A DNA stretch of 64,000 nt from the NCBI GenBank assembly GCA_013239625.1, contig MU053594.1, positions 2,546,127 through 2,610,126 of the forward strand, in the 5' to 3' direction. The DNA comes from Lama guanicoe. Its lineage: Eukaryota. Both the position numbers and the translations under genes were made by a program. Shown here piece by piece: positions 23,759 through 35,749 of the stretch (its first letter is position 1; every line of letters begins with the position of its first letter). Below the pieces are notes generated by a model, which was not told where the DNA came from, did no database searches, and worked only from the letters and a program-made list of their open reading frames with translations.

Positions 23759-24082
23759 GATTTACATCCCTCCAGAAGCCCTTTTGGGAATCCCTTATGT
23801 GCCCAAGAGTCCTTCCTGAGGCATAACATATTAGAGAAACTTGAAGAAATTACTGAGCATCTACTGAGAGTGGATAGAAACGTGGAGCTGTTGGAGGAAG
23901 TGTTGGATGTGGACAACTTTCTATGGTAGGACTACGTGCATAAGAAGAATTTAGACAAAGCAGGTGCCACAGATAGTCACATTGCCACTTTGCGACATCA
24001 TGAGCAGGTGTTTGTCACTTTGGTGATTGTATTAACTTAGTTACCCCCACTCCCTTCTGCTCATCAGAAACAACCCACAGTG

Positions 24083-24190
24083 GGGGAGGGAGGGTACAGC
24101 TCAGTGGTAGAGCACATGCTTAGCATGCACAAAGTCCTGGGTTTGATCCCCGTTACCTCCTTTAAAAAGCAATAAAATAATAAAAAAAAA
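24083..24190 (+). mobile_element. tRNA-derived SINE (camelid Vic-1-like)
   Basis: A-box 'tacagctcagtggtagagc', B-box 'gggtttgatccc', A-rich tail, TSD cacagtg at 24076-24082 and 24191-24197. Confidence 0.9.
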
Positions 24191-24588
24191 CACAGTGTAA
24201 GTTTTAGTGCTGTGACTAGCAAATACGAGTAGGAGGTGAGGATGTTCTTGTAAGGCTGGAAAATGAACATGATCAAGAGAATTTAGACTGTATCTTCTAT
24301 AAGGCCTTCTTAACACGTGGGAGATTGTGGGAGCCCAGTAATTGTCAGATACTAGTAATCAGGAATCATGAGTGATTTGTGGAGCTGAGTCATTTGGTCA
24401 ACACAAACCCTAAGGAAGGCTTATTAAGTGATTCCTTGATCTTAGGAGGAGGTTGTGCATTGATTTGGTATGATTTTTGACAAGCTACTGCTACGTGGTT
24501 TTCATGATAATTTTTATGTCCTATCTCCTTAAGAAAGAGCATTAATCTCATTGAGTTTGAAGAGAACTTTCAGGAAGCTTATAGTTAC

Positions 24589-24686
24589 TTTTTTTTTTTA
24601 GTTTAATGGAGGTACTGGATATTGAACCCAGCACCTTGCACATGCTAAGCACGCACATCACCACTAGGTTATACCCCCAAGCCCCC
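24589..24686 (-). mobile_element. tRNA-derived SINE (camelid Vic-1-like)
   Basis: Poly-T then 'ggaggtactggatattgaaccc...cacatgctaagcacgc..accactaggttataccc'; TSD tatagtta at 24580-24587 and 24687-24694. Confidence 0.9.
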
Positions 24687-24871
24687 TATAGTTATTTTTA
24701 TGTGGGATGTTTCCTGGAAAGTTGTCCAGGCAGCTCTAACAGACACCTTACAGGGGAAATAGCTCTAAGCCATTCTTTCTGCATAAAACTTGCTAGGTTG
24801 GTATTATGTGTCTGGAGAGGAAAGCCATTTCTACTGCCTTTGCCAAGTTGCCAGGAGGAGGAGCAGATGAC

Positions 24872-25265
24872 TCTGGTAGACTTTACTAGTGTTCCCCACA
24901 TCCAGCTCCTCTTCCTTCCTGGCAGAGAGCTAGTCACATGACCTCACTTTCTGAAGATGGGGCCATTCGCTAGATCTGGCCAATGAATATATGAGAATAA
25001 TGCCCATCAGTGCCAGTCTGGAACACAGCAAAGCAGGATGACATTTCCAGGCATTCTCTTCCCTGCGCCATTGAGGAAGAGTTGGTGGAGCCACGAGATG
25101 GAAGTCGCCTGGATCCTTGACTCCCCGTGTGGAGAAGAGCTGTTCCAGAGGGTCAACTTGACCCAGCGTGGATGTTGCAGGAGCAAGAAAGAAACCTTTG
25201 TTGTGTTAAGGTTGTGGAATTGTGGCTACTTTGCTGCCTGTTCTGATCTATCCTGCCCCAAACCA
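24872..25265 (+). mobile_element. MaLR LTR (MLT1I/J-like)
   Basis: 'tctggccaatg', 'gagccacgagatggaag..gcctggatcc', 'gagcaagaaagaaacctttgttgtgttaag'. Confidence 0.7.
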
Positions 25266-25784
25266 AAAAAACGCAACTAAGGCTGACCATGAGGGAAATC
25301 ACTGCCTCTGAAATGACTTATTTCAAAGCTCTCCTCAGTGGAGGAGTCCATACTGGATGTTAGCAACTCAATTCAACTAACACTTACTTCCTTAGTGCAC
25401 CCAGGAAGGACGAATCATATGAGCTCAGAGTTTGTATCCCCACAGGTGGCCCTGGGAGCTCCATGAGCAGCTCCGTGTCTCAGCCTGGGGGTGCTGGTCA
25501 GAGAAGCATTCGGTGACCCACATCACCCTCTAGCCTCTTATGTCCTTGCAATAATGGTTCTCAAACTTTCCCAGCTCCATGCCCCTGGCATCCTTGGAGA
25601 GAAAACAACTGAGAGCAGAGCTGGTCAGAAACTTAGATTTTCTGTAACCACTAATCAGAGCAGACATGTTTTATGACACAGTCTGTGAAGTATTCCATAG
25701 GTTTTCCCCTGTTTGGGGACACCTGCTCCATCACCCCATCCAAAGTGGCAAGGCCCACCTCATGCTATTAACTCGTTACCACCT

Positions 25785-25965
25785 CCAGACCTACTGCATG
25801 TTTTGCTTCGTTGTTATGTGGACTGTGTGCTCCTCCCACTAGAATGTAAGCTCCATAAGGGCAGAAATTGTCGCCTACTTTTTCATGGCTGTATCTCCAG
25901 TGCCTAGAAGAGTTTCTAGCACATCGTAGATGTCTGTTGGCTGTGCTGAGTGCTATTCACTGAGT
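25785..25965 (+). mobile_element. L2a 3' end
   Basis: 'ccactagaatgtaagctccataagggcag...gctgtatctccagtgcctagaa...tctagcacat'. Confidence 0.8.
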
Positions 25966-26399
25966 GGGTGTGTGGGGTTGAGGTTGAGGTGAGGCAGCAG
26001 CTCCTGACAGGTGGACCTGCCATCCTCTGGTGCTGAGCACAAGCTTCAGAAGGAGCCGAGAACAGGGGATGGGTGCTGAGCAAAGGGGGCAGGGCGGATG
26101 GGAGACAGCCACACAGCTGAAGCCCAGGTTGCCTGTGCTGCAATCCCGTCTACACCCAGGACTTCAGAACAATGACTACATTTACGAAACGCTGAGTGGT
26201 ATTGGCTTTCTGATGGAACATAGTGGAGCAATAATAGACCTCTGAGTTTTGACATGGGTCTGAGTGCTCTGGGGAGAAAAGGAACCAAAGACACTTGAAC
26301 ATGAACCTCCCTAATCCTGTTGTCACCCGCCTGGAAGGTGAACTCGAGGTTCCTACGTACTGTGCCACAGACAGTGTGCTAAGAGCACTTCTGGAAAAA

Positions 26400-26626
26400 C
26401 AGCCAACATTTACCAAGCCCTCCTTAAGTGCCAGGTAACAATACTAACTGTTTTACGGAGTTTAAATCATTCGATCATCATAGCATCCCTGTAAGGTACG
26501 TGTTCTTATTATCATCCCATTTCACAGAGGAGAAAACTGAGGCACTGAGAAGTTAGCTCACTTGTCTGCAATAACAGAGCCAGGAGGCAGCACAACCAGG
26601 ATTTGAACCTGAATGCTCTGAGTTCC
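26400..26626 (-). mobile_element. MIR
   Basis: 'ttatcatcccatttcacagaggagaaaactgaggcactgagaagtt...ggatttgaacc'. Confidence 0.9.
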
Positions 26627-26709
26627 CTCCTGTAATGGATGCGACAGTCCTCCACTTTCTACCTTTTATCTCACTTACTTCTTACACTGGACATGTGCTC
26701 GAGGGACAG

Positions 26710-26850
26710 TCAGTCCCCAAGTTTCACAAATGACAAGGGTAAGACCTGAAAAGTCTGCATAACCTTGTCCAAGGTCACAAAGTGTTTCAGTTGCAGACCC
26801 TGAACTCAACTCAGATTTATCTAATTCCCATATCTCTCTTTTATAGTCTC
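26710..26850 (-). mobile_element. MIR fragment
   Basis: 'ccttgtccaaggtcacaaag...gttgcagacc..gaactc..ctcagatt'. Confidence 0.65.
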
Positions 26851-26984
26851 TGTAATTTCCCTTCACTGACTTATTTACTTAACAGACCTGTACTAAGATC
26901 ATCGAGTTGGTGGAGACCGTTTGGTGTTGAACAAGCATGGTGAGTGAGGTCCTGGGTTTCCCTCTGAGAAACTGAGTGACTCTT

Positions 26985-27450
26985 AGTTACTTTCCATTGT
27001 CACCTCTCTCCCGCCATCTGTTCTTCACTCTCCTCTGCTCTTCCCTGTGCCCAGGGAGGCTGACCACAGTGGACCACTTCATCCTGGTTCTCTTGCCCTC
27101 TGGCTTCCTATGGGGTTCAGCCTAAGGGGAGGCATCTGCAAGATATCAGCAGTTGAGAGGAGAGAGAGGTTGGTGTATAGCATATGACACCCAATGTACC
27201 TGTTACCCGTGATTCCCCACCTCCCTGCTGTGGCCACAGGTCCTGTTGGGTGGCTCCTCGTCTATGGCTCTGGCTCTCCCTGGAGTATGATAACATCACA
27301 GCTACCCCCGCCCCCGCCCCAACCAGACCCTTTATCCTCCTTGAAGTCTACAGGTGGTAATAGCTTTCCACTTTTGTGAGTTTCTGGATGTTTCATCATC
27401 TCTTGTAGGCCAAGATGCTGTTTCCTGTCAGGGCTCTGACTATCGATAAC
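26985..27450 (-). mobile_element. ERVL LTR (LTR16C-like)
   Basis: 'cttgccctctggcttcctatggggttcagcctaaggggaggca', 'aggtggtaatagctttccac', 'tgtttcctgtcagggctctgact'. Confidence 0.7.
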
Positions 27451-27605
27451 AAGATCCTTGAACAAGTCATGCAGATTGTCAGAGTCCCAGTTTCCTTTTA
27501 TGTAAAATGGGGTGTGCAACACCTATCAAGACGGTACTGTGACACTTCAGTTGCTCAGTGCGATACCTGGCCCGAGATAAATGGCAACAGATAGGAGCTG
27601 TTTAA
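27450..27605 (+). mobile_element. MIR fragment
   Basis: 'ccttgaacaagtca...cagtttcctttta tgtaaaatgggg'. Confidence 0.7.
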
Positions 27606-29569
27606 TGATCATTGCTGATATGAATATTCTCTGCCTTGAGGACCTCAAGCGCTATCATCAATGGTATATGACCATGCAGTGAGTGTTCTCCTGAAAAGCT
27701 CAAATTTACTCCTCTTTAATAACCTCAGAGGGAATGCGAGTGTGGGTCTTCATGGGTCGGCCAGTAAACCCTTCACTTTTCACTGTGGTTGCCCATTGGA
27801 AATGATAATAACAGTTAGCTTTACTGAGATCAGACTTTTTAAACATTTGCCATATTACTGTGTAAGTGCAATTAAGTAATGAATTAATTCTTGCAAGGGT
27901 CTTAAAGGGTGGTTACCAATCATTATGATCTCAGAGCTGAGATCTAACCCGGGTCTGACTCACATCTCTCTGTCCCCGAAGCCTGAATTCTGCATTTCCT
28001 ACGGGAGCTGGAGGAGGGTGGCGAGCCCAGCATCTCTCTCCAGTTCCTTCCAAGAGGAAGTTGGCTTTCTTGGTGGTGTGTGTCCAAGAATACAACACTC
28101 ATTTCTCTTCTTTTCCCCCAACCTACTTATTATTCTGTCACGCAGGAGGCAAACCGGTTCCCCCGGGGTGCTTAATGAGTTTAGTAAGCCAGCTAAAGGG
28201 GCAGTGCAGAGTCTCGAGGTGGGTGTGTTTGATTAAGCTGTGGAGACTTCAAAGTGAGGTCAGGGGTCTGTGGAATCCATCAAAGGAAGCCTCTTGCCAG
28301 GAGCCACACAGAAGGATGACAGAGCAGGAGGGAGTCCTGCAGAGAGGGAGGGCTGGCTGGAGCGAGGGGTGGGGGACTGTAGAGGCTGGTGGGGGAGCAC
28401 AATAAAGGCTTCAGCAGGAGTGAGGCCTCTGCATCCCACATGAGTGGTGGTGTTTCTACTATTGAGAAACCTGGAGAGAGAGTGGGTCCCATTGGACCTT
28501 AGAATCCGAAGGCACAGATCAGAGCACAGCGCCAAGAGCACGGTCAGAGAGCTTGGCTACAAAGTTCCCAAGGACAGCGAGCTCAAATTTGCTTTCTTGT
28601 TAGCTGAAGTACTTGGAATAAATAAACTGATTTCTCTGGAGCCCACTCTATTACATTTGGAGTCATCTTTCAGCAGAGTTGGGAGGGGAAGGCCACTCGT
28701 GCCTCAGAAGCATAACCATTTAGAACATACTTGAATAGACTATTGGATCACTTATGGGAAAGAAAAGAAAGTTTTCCCTTTTTCCCACCCTCAAAAGAAA
28801 ACATTTCATGTATATGTTAACCATGAAAAAAGAAAAGAAAAGAAACCCCCAGTCTTTCTTGCTGACTAAGAGAGAAGGAGAGAACAGCTGATATATCAAA
28901 TTCAAAGGCTGCCTCACTGGGAAGTGCTTAGCAGGGAGCTGGGATCCTTGACATAACCTTAAAATATCCAGTGAGGGGATTCTTTCTCCCCAGAGCAGCA
29001 TCTAAAGATGGGCTTTGGAAATCTCTAAATAAACCCAGCATTGAGTAAGTACCTGCAATACTTTATTTTTTAACATGTTTAGTGCACGTTAAAGACCCTG
29101 GGGCTCTCCTGCTTCTTGAGAGCCAGATAGAACTGACTGCAGTCCTCTGTGCATCTACGGGGGAGACTGCATGATTTCTTGGTCACAGCTGGGTCTTCCT
29201 TAGTTTGTGGGCCATTCCATTAGCCTCTATATCCATCCCTGGTGTACAGAAGGTCAAGACGTGGAACTAAGCTCCTTCCTTGATTCCCACAAAAGACCCA
29301 CTTCATAGGGCATATTGTGTATGTAATAAAGTCAGCTGGGAACTTGGAGGATCAGAGGAAAAGTTATCACCAAAACAAAACAGTCTTGAAGTTGCATGTT
29401 AGGTATCCTGCCCCTGAAAGTCCTCTGAGTACCCACCCCACCACCCCCGGGGGATTTTTCCCCTGATCAGTTCTCATCACAAGGTGACTCGGACACAAGT
29501 CTGCTTGGTGGCCTCTCTCTCCTGGCTTCTCACATGTTTCTGTTGTTTCTTTCTTACACTCTTTACCGG

Positions 29570-29594
29570 CACCACCACCACCACCACCACCACC
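29570..29594. repeat. (CAC)n microsatellite
   Basis: About 8 CAC units. Confidence 0.95.
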
Positions 29595-29717
29595 AAGTTA
29601 CTGTTCTTCCTTATGGAAACAGTTCTTTCTCTTTTAAAACAATTCAACAGCCACTTTTGATGCTTCATGTCACATTTTTAGAGTCTCAGCTTCCTCTCAA
29701 GTGTCTTTTTAAGGTAT

Positions 29718-30094
29718 TGCTATGGACTGAATGTGTCCCCCGCCAGTGCATATGTCGAAGCCTAACCCCCAATGTGATGGTGTTTGGAGGTGGGATCTTT
29801 GGGAGAAATTTAGACTGAGATGAGGTCGTGTGGGTGGGGCCCTTGTGAAGGGATTAGTGCCCTTTTAAGAGGTAACATCAGAGGGCTCGCTTAGCTCTCT
29901 TTCTGCCACATGAGGGTGTAGCAATAAATCTGCCATCTACAATCCAGGAAAAGAGCTCTCACCAGACTCTGACCATGCTGGCACCCTAATCTCAGACTTC
30001 CAGCCTCTGGAGCTGTGAGGAAAAAAGTTTCTGTTGTTTATAAACTGCTCAGTCTATGGTATTTTTGTTATGGCATCCTGAGCTAACTAAGACA
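29718..30094 (+). mobile_element. MLT1A/MLT1A0 solo LTR, full length
   Basis: tgctatggactgaatg ... ctaactaagaca; perfect 5-bp TSD ggtat at 29713-29717 and 30095-30099. Confidence 0.92.
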
Positions 30095-31567
30095 GGTATT
30101 TCTCCAAATAAAGTTAGTTTCTCCCCACCAGCCACCAAAAGAGATTTTGGTATTGCTATTAGGACAATTGATTTTTTTCTACCCAACTCCTTCCCAAGTG
30201 TCGGAAAATAAAACATCTAATTCCTCCTTTCAGTATCTTGTGTAGGTAGGAGGCAGGTCACTATCTTTGCCCCTAACTGACTGGTTGGCCCTGGGTGACT
30301 GATTCACCATTCATTCTAGGTTTGAGTTTATTTGCTGATCAAGTGCAGATCAAGTGGAGTAGATGATTCATAACATCAGTTCATGTATTAAAATGCATGA
30401 TTTGATGATTTACAGAGATGGCAAGCTTTTGATCATCCCTGAACAATAGCAAAAACTTACTAATAAAGATACCTTAAAGGCTGAGAATACAACCTGCTAG
30501 CATCTTCTCTTGGGAGTTTATCTATGAATCAAGAAAGATGATTCTGGGAAGATGCTTTACAGTTCATTTTATCTGAATTTCCCTTAATATTAAAATTAGG
30601 ATTGCATATGAAAGTATTGATAATTTGCTCTCCTTTTCAATCTCAGGGCCTATCTGTGTATTTTTTGCAAGAATTGGAATGAAATAGTTGAGATATCTTT
30701 TTAGTTATTCCATCAGTCTGAACTTTTTTATTTTTTAGGAGAAGGAAATTTTTCTATCCTGCATCATTTAAATTCTTTGTCATTCTCCAAGTATTTATGG
30801 AACCCTTAATAATATCTCCTATTAATCTTGGTAACAAGATCATTTATCTCAAAAAAAAAATGTGTTCCTTGAGTCATCTGCAGATCTTGATAAAAATAAA
30901 TTCCCCAAATCCCTTTTTAATTAAGGAAGATTCAGAAGTCCATTGTACCCTGTGCTGAAGCACACTTCCTTCTCGGCATTTTCTCCTGCTCTGTGTATCC
31001 AGAGGAATGTAGGAATCCAGATAAAGACCATTTGGTTTTATCTAGGTCAGGCCTAAAAATCTCTTCATGGGAAGCATGAATTTCTTGCCCGGACAAAGAG
31101 AAAATGATTTCGAAATCCTATGAACTTGTAAAATAGAAAAGTTTTCAGACAGCAACAAGAGGGACCAAAAAGCCAGCTAGACGATCCTCTTTAGGGAAAA
31201 AAGGAATACAGGATCTTGACTTAAAAAAAAAAAAAAGAGAGAGTTCTTGCCTTGGCTCTGTCACTTGGGCACAATTTCCTGCAGTTTATAGGGAGACTGA
31301 TAATATTCTCCCCACAGTGTTGTCCCTTAATCATAGTAGGGTCTTTGATGGGTCCCAATAAATAGCCCCAGCTTCCCTGATTAAACTCTGAACCAGATAG
31401 GAAACAAGATGAAAAGAGTAAGTGAGCTTTTACTGACTCAAGCTAGATCGGTGGGTAGAGCCAAAATCAGTGCGCTAGTTCCTGGCACCCCGTTCTCCGC
31501 CTTCGAATAATAAGGAGTTGGGAAGAGACATTTCCTTCTGACACCGGTGATTCATATTGGGATACTT

Positions 31568-31900
31568 TGTGTCTTAGCTTGCTTTGCTTCAAGCTACAGA
31601 AACCATCCTGTTTAACTTAAGCAAAATAAATATATCAGAGGAATAATGGTGACTCAGAATGCACATGAAGAAAGACAAGGACCAAGCCACCCTGGGGCCC
31701 AGGTTGGCTTGAGATTGGCTTGAAGAGGCCACAAGACAGTCTTACGGCAGGAACATTAGAGCGAGGACCCTGATTTGCTTAGGATTGAAGTGACAGCCAT
31801 TTGTGGCCTCTGTTCTCCTGTTCAAGATTCAGGGCCCAATGAGGGAGCATCTGAGTCCCTTTGCTTGGAATTCTCCTCGGACAAGGGTGAGTGGAGCCCT
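31568..31900 (-). mobile_element. Old MaLR LTR (MLT1K/L-like)
   Basis: 'caagctacagaaacc...taacttaagcaaaa', 'gagggagcatctgagt'. Confidence 0.55.
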
Positions 31901-32031
31901 GAGTGGGTTCCATGACTTTCGATGTATCATCAAAGAAGTAATCCCAATGAAAGAAGTCTGGCTTCTATTAGGAAGGGTAAAAAGCTCTCTAACATTAATA
32001 AAGATCCATTGCAGTCACTATCGTATGAATT

Positions 32032-32511
32032 TGTAGCTGAGCAGGACCCAATGGGGCCTTCCTGGGACAGACGCCTCCCCCATATCCTCTGCTTTAGCCC
32101 CTCTCTGAAGAACCTGGGTAAAAGTATCTGATGCACGTTTCCCAAGTTGTTCTACAGATGCTAAAACTCCCATCAAATGGAAGAAATTAACACATCCCCT
32201 CCGGAGTCTGGCGGGAACCGGGAAATATTTGTAAGAACTTACAGCCTTTCTGACTTACCTCACCATCAACCAATCAGAGAACTGTGTGTGAGTTGATCAC
32301 ATACCCTGGGACACCCCTCCTTTATTTTGCCTTTAAAATTGCTTTGCTGAAACCCATCAGGGAGTTTAGGCTTTTTCAGCATTAACCTTCCTGGACTCCT
32401 TGCATGGTGCCTTATGATAAAAACCTTGCACTTTCCTTCACCGTGATCCTGTGTCAGTAGATTGACTTTACTGTGTGTGGGAGGGTGAACCCAATTTTTG
32501 CTTTGGTAACA
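32032..32511 (+). mobile_element. ERV1-type solo LTR (480 bp; MER34/39-like group)
   Basis: tgtagctgagcaggac ... tttggtaaca; perfect 4-bp TSD aatt at 32028-32031 and 32512-32515; CCAAT and 'tttaaaa' TATA-like motifs. Confidence 0.9.
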
Positions 32512-32644
32512 AATTTTCCTTGCTTATGAATTTAGTCCAGGGTTTGTATACAAGAAACTTTAGATTTGTGTCCTGAGCCTGAATTTCTAAATTTATAGTC
32601 TTGCTTATTTGTCACTTTCTTGCTCTTTCTACTTAGATCATTTC

Positions 32645-32975
32645 TTGTACACACCATGTCCTTTCATGCTTCTGTACCCTGGTTTTCATCTGCCTCTCTA
32701 AATCCCTACCTACTATCTTCATACCTGGAAAACTCCTACTCATCCTTCAAGGCTCAACTCCTATGTTACTTCTTACCTTCCTGATAGTGCAAAGCAGAAT
32801 TAAATCACCTCCTTTCCTCATTTTTCTATGTTACCATGCATTTGTACATGTCTCTATTATTATACTAGTTACCATGTTGTATTATAATTATTTATTTATT
32901 CATTTGTCATCATGACAAGGGCAGGGACCATGTATGTTTCACACTTTGGTACCTTGTACACAGTAGTGATTCAGT
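32645..32975 (+). mobile_element. L2 3' region
   Basis: 'acctggaaaactcctactcatccttcaaggctcaactc', 'agggcagggaccatgt'. Confidence 0.75.
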
Positions 32976-33139
32976 ATGGTTTAGTTCTATTTTCCCTAAA
33001 ATCTTCATGTTAAGACTGTTGATATGATGAGTACTGGACTGGAAGTCAGAGAACTAACTCTGTCCTGGCCTTCCATCTTTATAGCCACATAATCATAAGG
33101 TCTCAGTTTCTTTATCTGTATTATAAGGAGACTGTACAC

Positions 33140-33677
33140 TACTTGTGGTTTATAAAAAATAATAGTGTCTTACTGCAGTAATCTATTCTACATTAATAAA
33201 GCTTGGACCACACGAAAAAATAATAATAGTGTCTTAAACAAAATAGAAGTTAGTTTCTCTCATTCAGGCAAGAAATCCTGAGATAAGCAGTCCAGGTCTG
33301 CTATGGTCTTACCACAAAGTTACCAGGGACATAAGTTTATTCCAACTGATGCTCCACCCCACTTAGGGGCTGCCTTATAGCCCAAGACAGCTGCTCCAAT
33401 CAATCCATGCTCTATCAATACAGGAAGCAGAAAGGAGGAAGTGGGTAAAGAAGGCCCACCCATCTCTTTAGGGAAACTTTCTAAGAGTTTCAGTCACACT
33501 TTTTGCATCTTATTGGCCAAAATTTAAGACACATGGCCAAGTCTGCTGCAAAGAAGAATGGGGAGTATTTTAGTTTTTCAGCTGGGCAACAACACACTCA
33601 GCTAAACCTTGGTGTTCTCTTTGCCAAAGATAAAGGGGAGAAAGGATAATGAGCAATAATTAGCAGTCTTGGCTGTA
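33140..33677 (-). mobile_element. MaLR LTR (MLT1J/K-like) carrying a small insertion at 33173-33221
   Basis: 'aatagtgtcttaaacaaaatagaagtt..tttctctca', 'ttattggccaaaattta..acacatggcca...gctgcaaag'. Confidence 0.7.
33173..33221 (+). other. 49-bp retroposed insert (probable extreme 3' end of a polyadenylated RNA)
   Basis: AATAAA at 33195-33200, A6 at 33215-33220, exact 15-bp TSD aataatagtgtctta at 33158-33172 and 33222-33236. Confidence 0.7.
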
Positions 33678-33822
33678 GTGAGTACTTTGGTCAAAGTGAT
33701 TGCAGAAGGCTTCTCAAGGATCAAAACTAAGCTTACACTTGGAAGATGAGAAGAATTCAAAGGCTATGGAAAGAATGAGCCATGAAAATATGTAATTGCC
33801 CTGAATTAGCATAACAGAGATC

Positions 33823-34191
33823 ATGTTATGTCTTCAGCAATTGTTCTCCAACTGCCAAGTCATCTTCCTTTCTCGGGGCATTCTGGAAGACTATGTCTCC
33901 CAGCCTTTCTTCTGACAAGGTTGAGGTCCTGTGACTGAGTTCTGGCCAATGGTTTTTGTTCCATTTCTGAGGCCGGGCAACCCTTCACCCCTTCCTTTTT
34001 CATGGCAATCGTGAAGGCCATGTGTTGAAGACAATAAGTCAGAAAATGGAAGGAACCTGGATTCCTGAGTCACTACTTGGAGGGGAGTATGTCAGACTCT
34101 GATATGAGTGAGAAATAATAATTGATTTAAACCATGGCTGTTTGGGGGTTGTTTGTTACCTTAGCATATCCTATCCTATATTGGCTAATAC
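33823..34191 (+). mobile_element. MaLR LTR (MLT1I/J-like)
   Basis: 'tgtgactgagttctggccaatgg', 'atggaaggaacctggattcctgagtcactacttggag', ends 'ggctaataca'. Confidence 0.8.
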
Positions 34192-34249
34192 AGGTATGTT
34201 TAGAGAGTAAATGAAAAGCAAATATGACTTGAGAACAGGAAGCAGAAGA

Positions 34250-34415
34250 GGTATAAGGTGAAATTGCAGAAAGAGGCAAGGGTGGAAGCAAGGAGCGTGG
34301 GTAGTGAGGCTATGACAATAATCTGGTACAGAGGTGATGATGTTTGGGTTAGAGTGATGGGAGCTGAGAGGGATTAAAAGCAAATGGACTTCAGATACAG
34401 TCCAGAGCAAGAGAC
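34250..34415 (-). mobile_element. L2 fragment
   Basis: 'ggcaagggtggaagcaagg...gaggctatgacaataatctgg..agaggtgatg'. Confidence 0.65.
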
Positions 34416-35358
34416 ATTCCTTTCATTCAAAAGGGAAGATAAAAAGGGAAACATTTTGGTTAAAAAGTAGGTGGGGATCTAGATCCATACCCACTTAGTC
34501 TTCTGTTTGTCCCCAGGGCTTCCCTACACAACTCTAAGATTCCTGGAGGCACAGTCAGAAAATCAGTGGACTGGATGACGTTGGAGATCTTTCCAGCTCT
34601 AACATTCTGTAATTTTGTTGACTTCTTCCTTACAAGATACAGACTCTGGCCTATTTTCAGTTTGGATCATTTATAAATTAAATGTTAACTTGAGACAAAT
34701 TTAAAAATTAATTATTGAATTGAATCTTCAGAAGCTAACTATTGAGCAGGGTGCCAAAAATAAGATACGATAAGATACACATTTTTAAAAATATATGCTT
34801 TTTTTTTCTGGTTCAATAGGTAACACATTTTTTTAATGTGAAATTCTAAAAAAAAAATACATAAAGAGAGAAAAAGATATCATAAAAGTGGCTTATAGTC
34901 CCACAATACAACTCAGAAAGAACCAGGATCATTTACCTCAGTTTCATCAAGGTGAAGATTGGAGTCTTGGAGGATGGGGATGCAGTGATTTGTCTGGAGA
35001 AGGGGTAGGGTGGATTGGGCACAACTGAGCAGGCCTTGAAATCAGAATTAAAACACATGGGGTGTAGACATCTACCTGTATCTTTTGGTACTCTGAGCTA
35101 GGTTCTAAGTCCAGCCATACCTAGGACTGTGGTTACTCCTCTCAGGCTCCAAAGACTCCAACTGGGTAAAGAACAGGATGGAGAATCTTGGTTTTCCTGA
35201 CAAAATTCTAGTATTGAACCAGAAGCACCTGAGCTAAGCATTGATGCAGTTCAGCCTCCCCGGTTTACAGATGTGGGTGGCCCAGTGAGTTATCATTCCT
35301 TTGTCTGGCAAGGGAAGCACTGGGTTTGTGACTTCCCTGCGACATGTAGTAGGTGGTG

Positions 35359-35625
35359 AGAGGCAGCGTTGCACGGTAGTTTAGAGGACAGACTCTGAAA
35401 ACAAGCTGCCTGCGTTAACTCCAGCTCTGTGACTTAACAGCTAAGTGATTTGAGGCAAGGTACATAATCTTTCTGTGCCTCAGTTTTCTTTTCTTTAAAA
35501 TGGGGATAGTAATGATCCCTACTTCATAGAGTTCCTGGGACAGTGAATGAGTTACTACAGGTCAGACACTTCAAACAGTGCCTGGTGCACAGTAACCTCT
35601 TAGTGAATGATAATCATTATTATTA
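35359..35625 (+). mobile_element. Near full-length MIR (MIRb-like)
   Basis: Head 'gaggcagc...gtagtttagag.acagactctg', core 'ctgtgcctcagtttt...taaaatgggga', tail 'attattatta'. Confidence 0.92.
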
Positions 35626-35749
35626 CTTGCTAGAGGAGTTGAGACTTGATAACAAGCTTCCTGAATCTCTGAATTTGATATTCATCACCAGATTTTTCTT
35701 CTTAGCCTTCTTATAGTGAACATAGCTGCATCATGGTCTCTATTGGGTG

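Noticed and set aside
24083..24160. tRNA gene
   Set aside because: A and B boxes are present, but the A-rich tail, TSD and a second diverged copy indicate a tRNA-derived SINE
29534..29818. Poly-His ORF
   Set aside because: Translation of a (CAC)n microsatellite running into an MLT1A LTR
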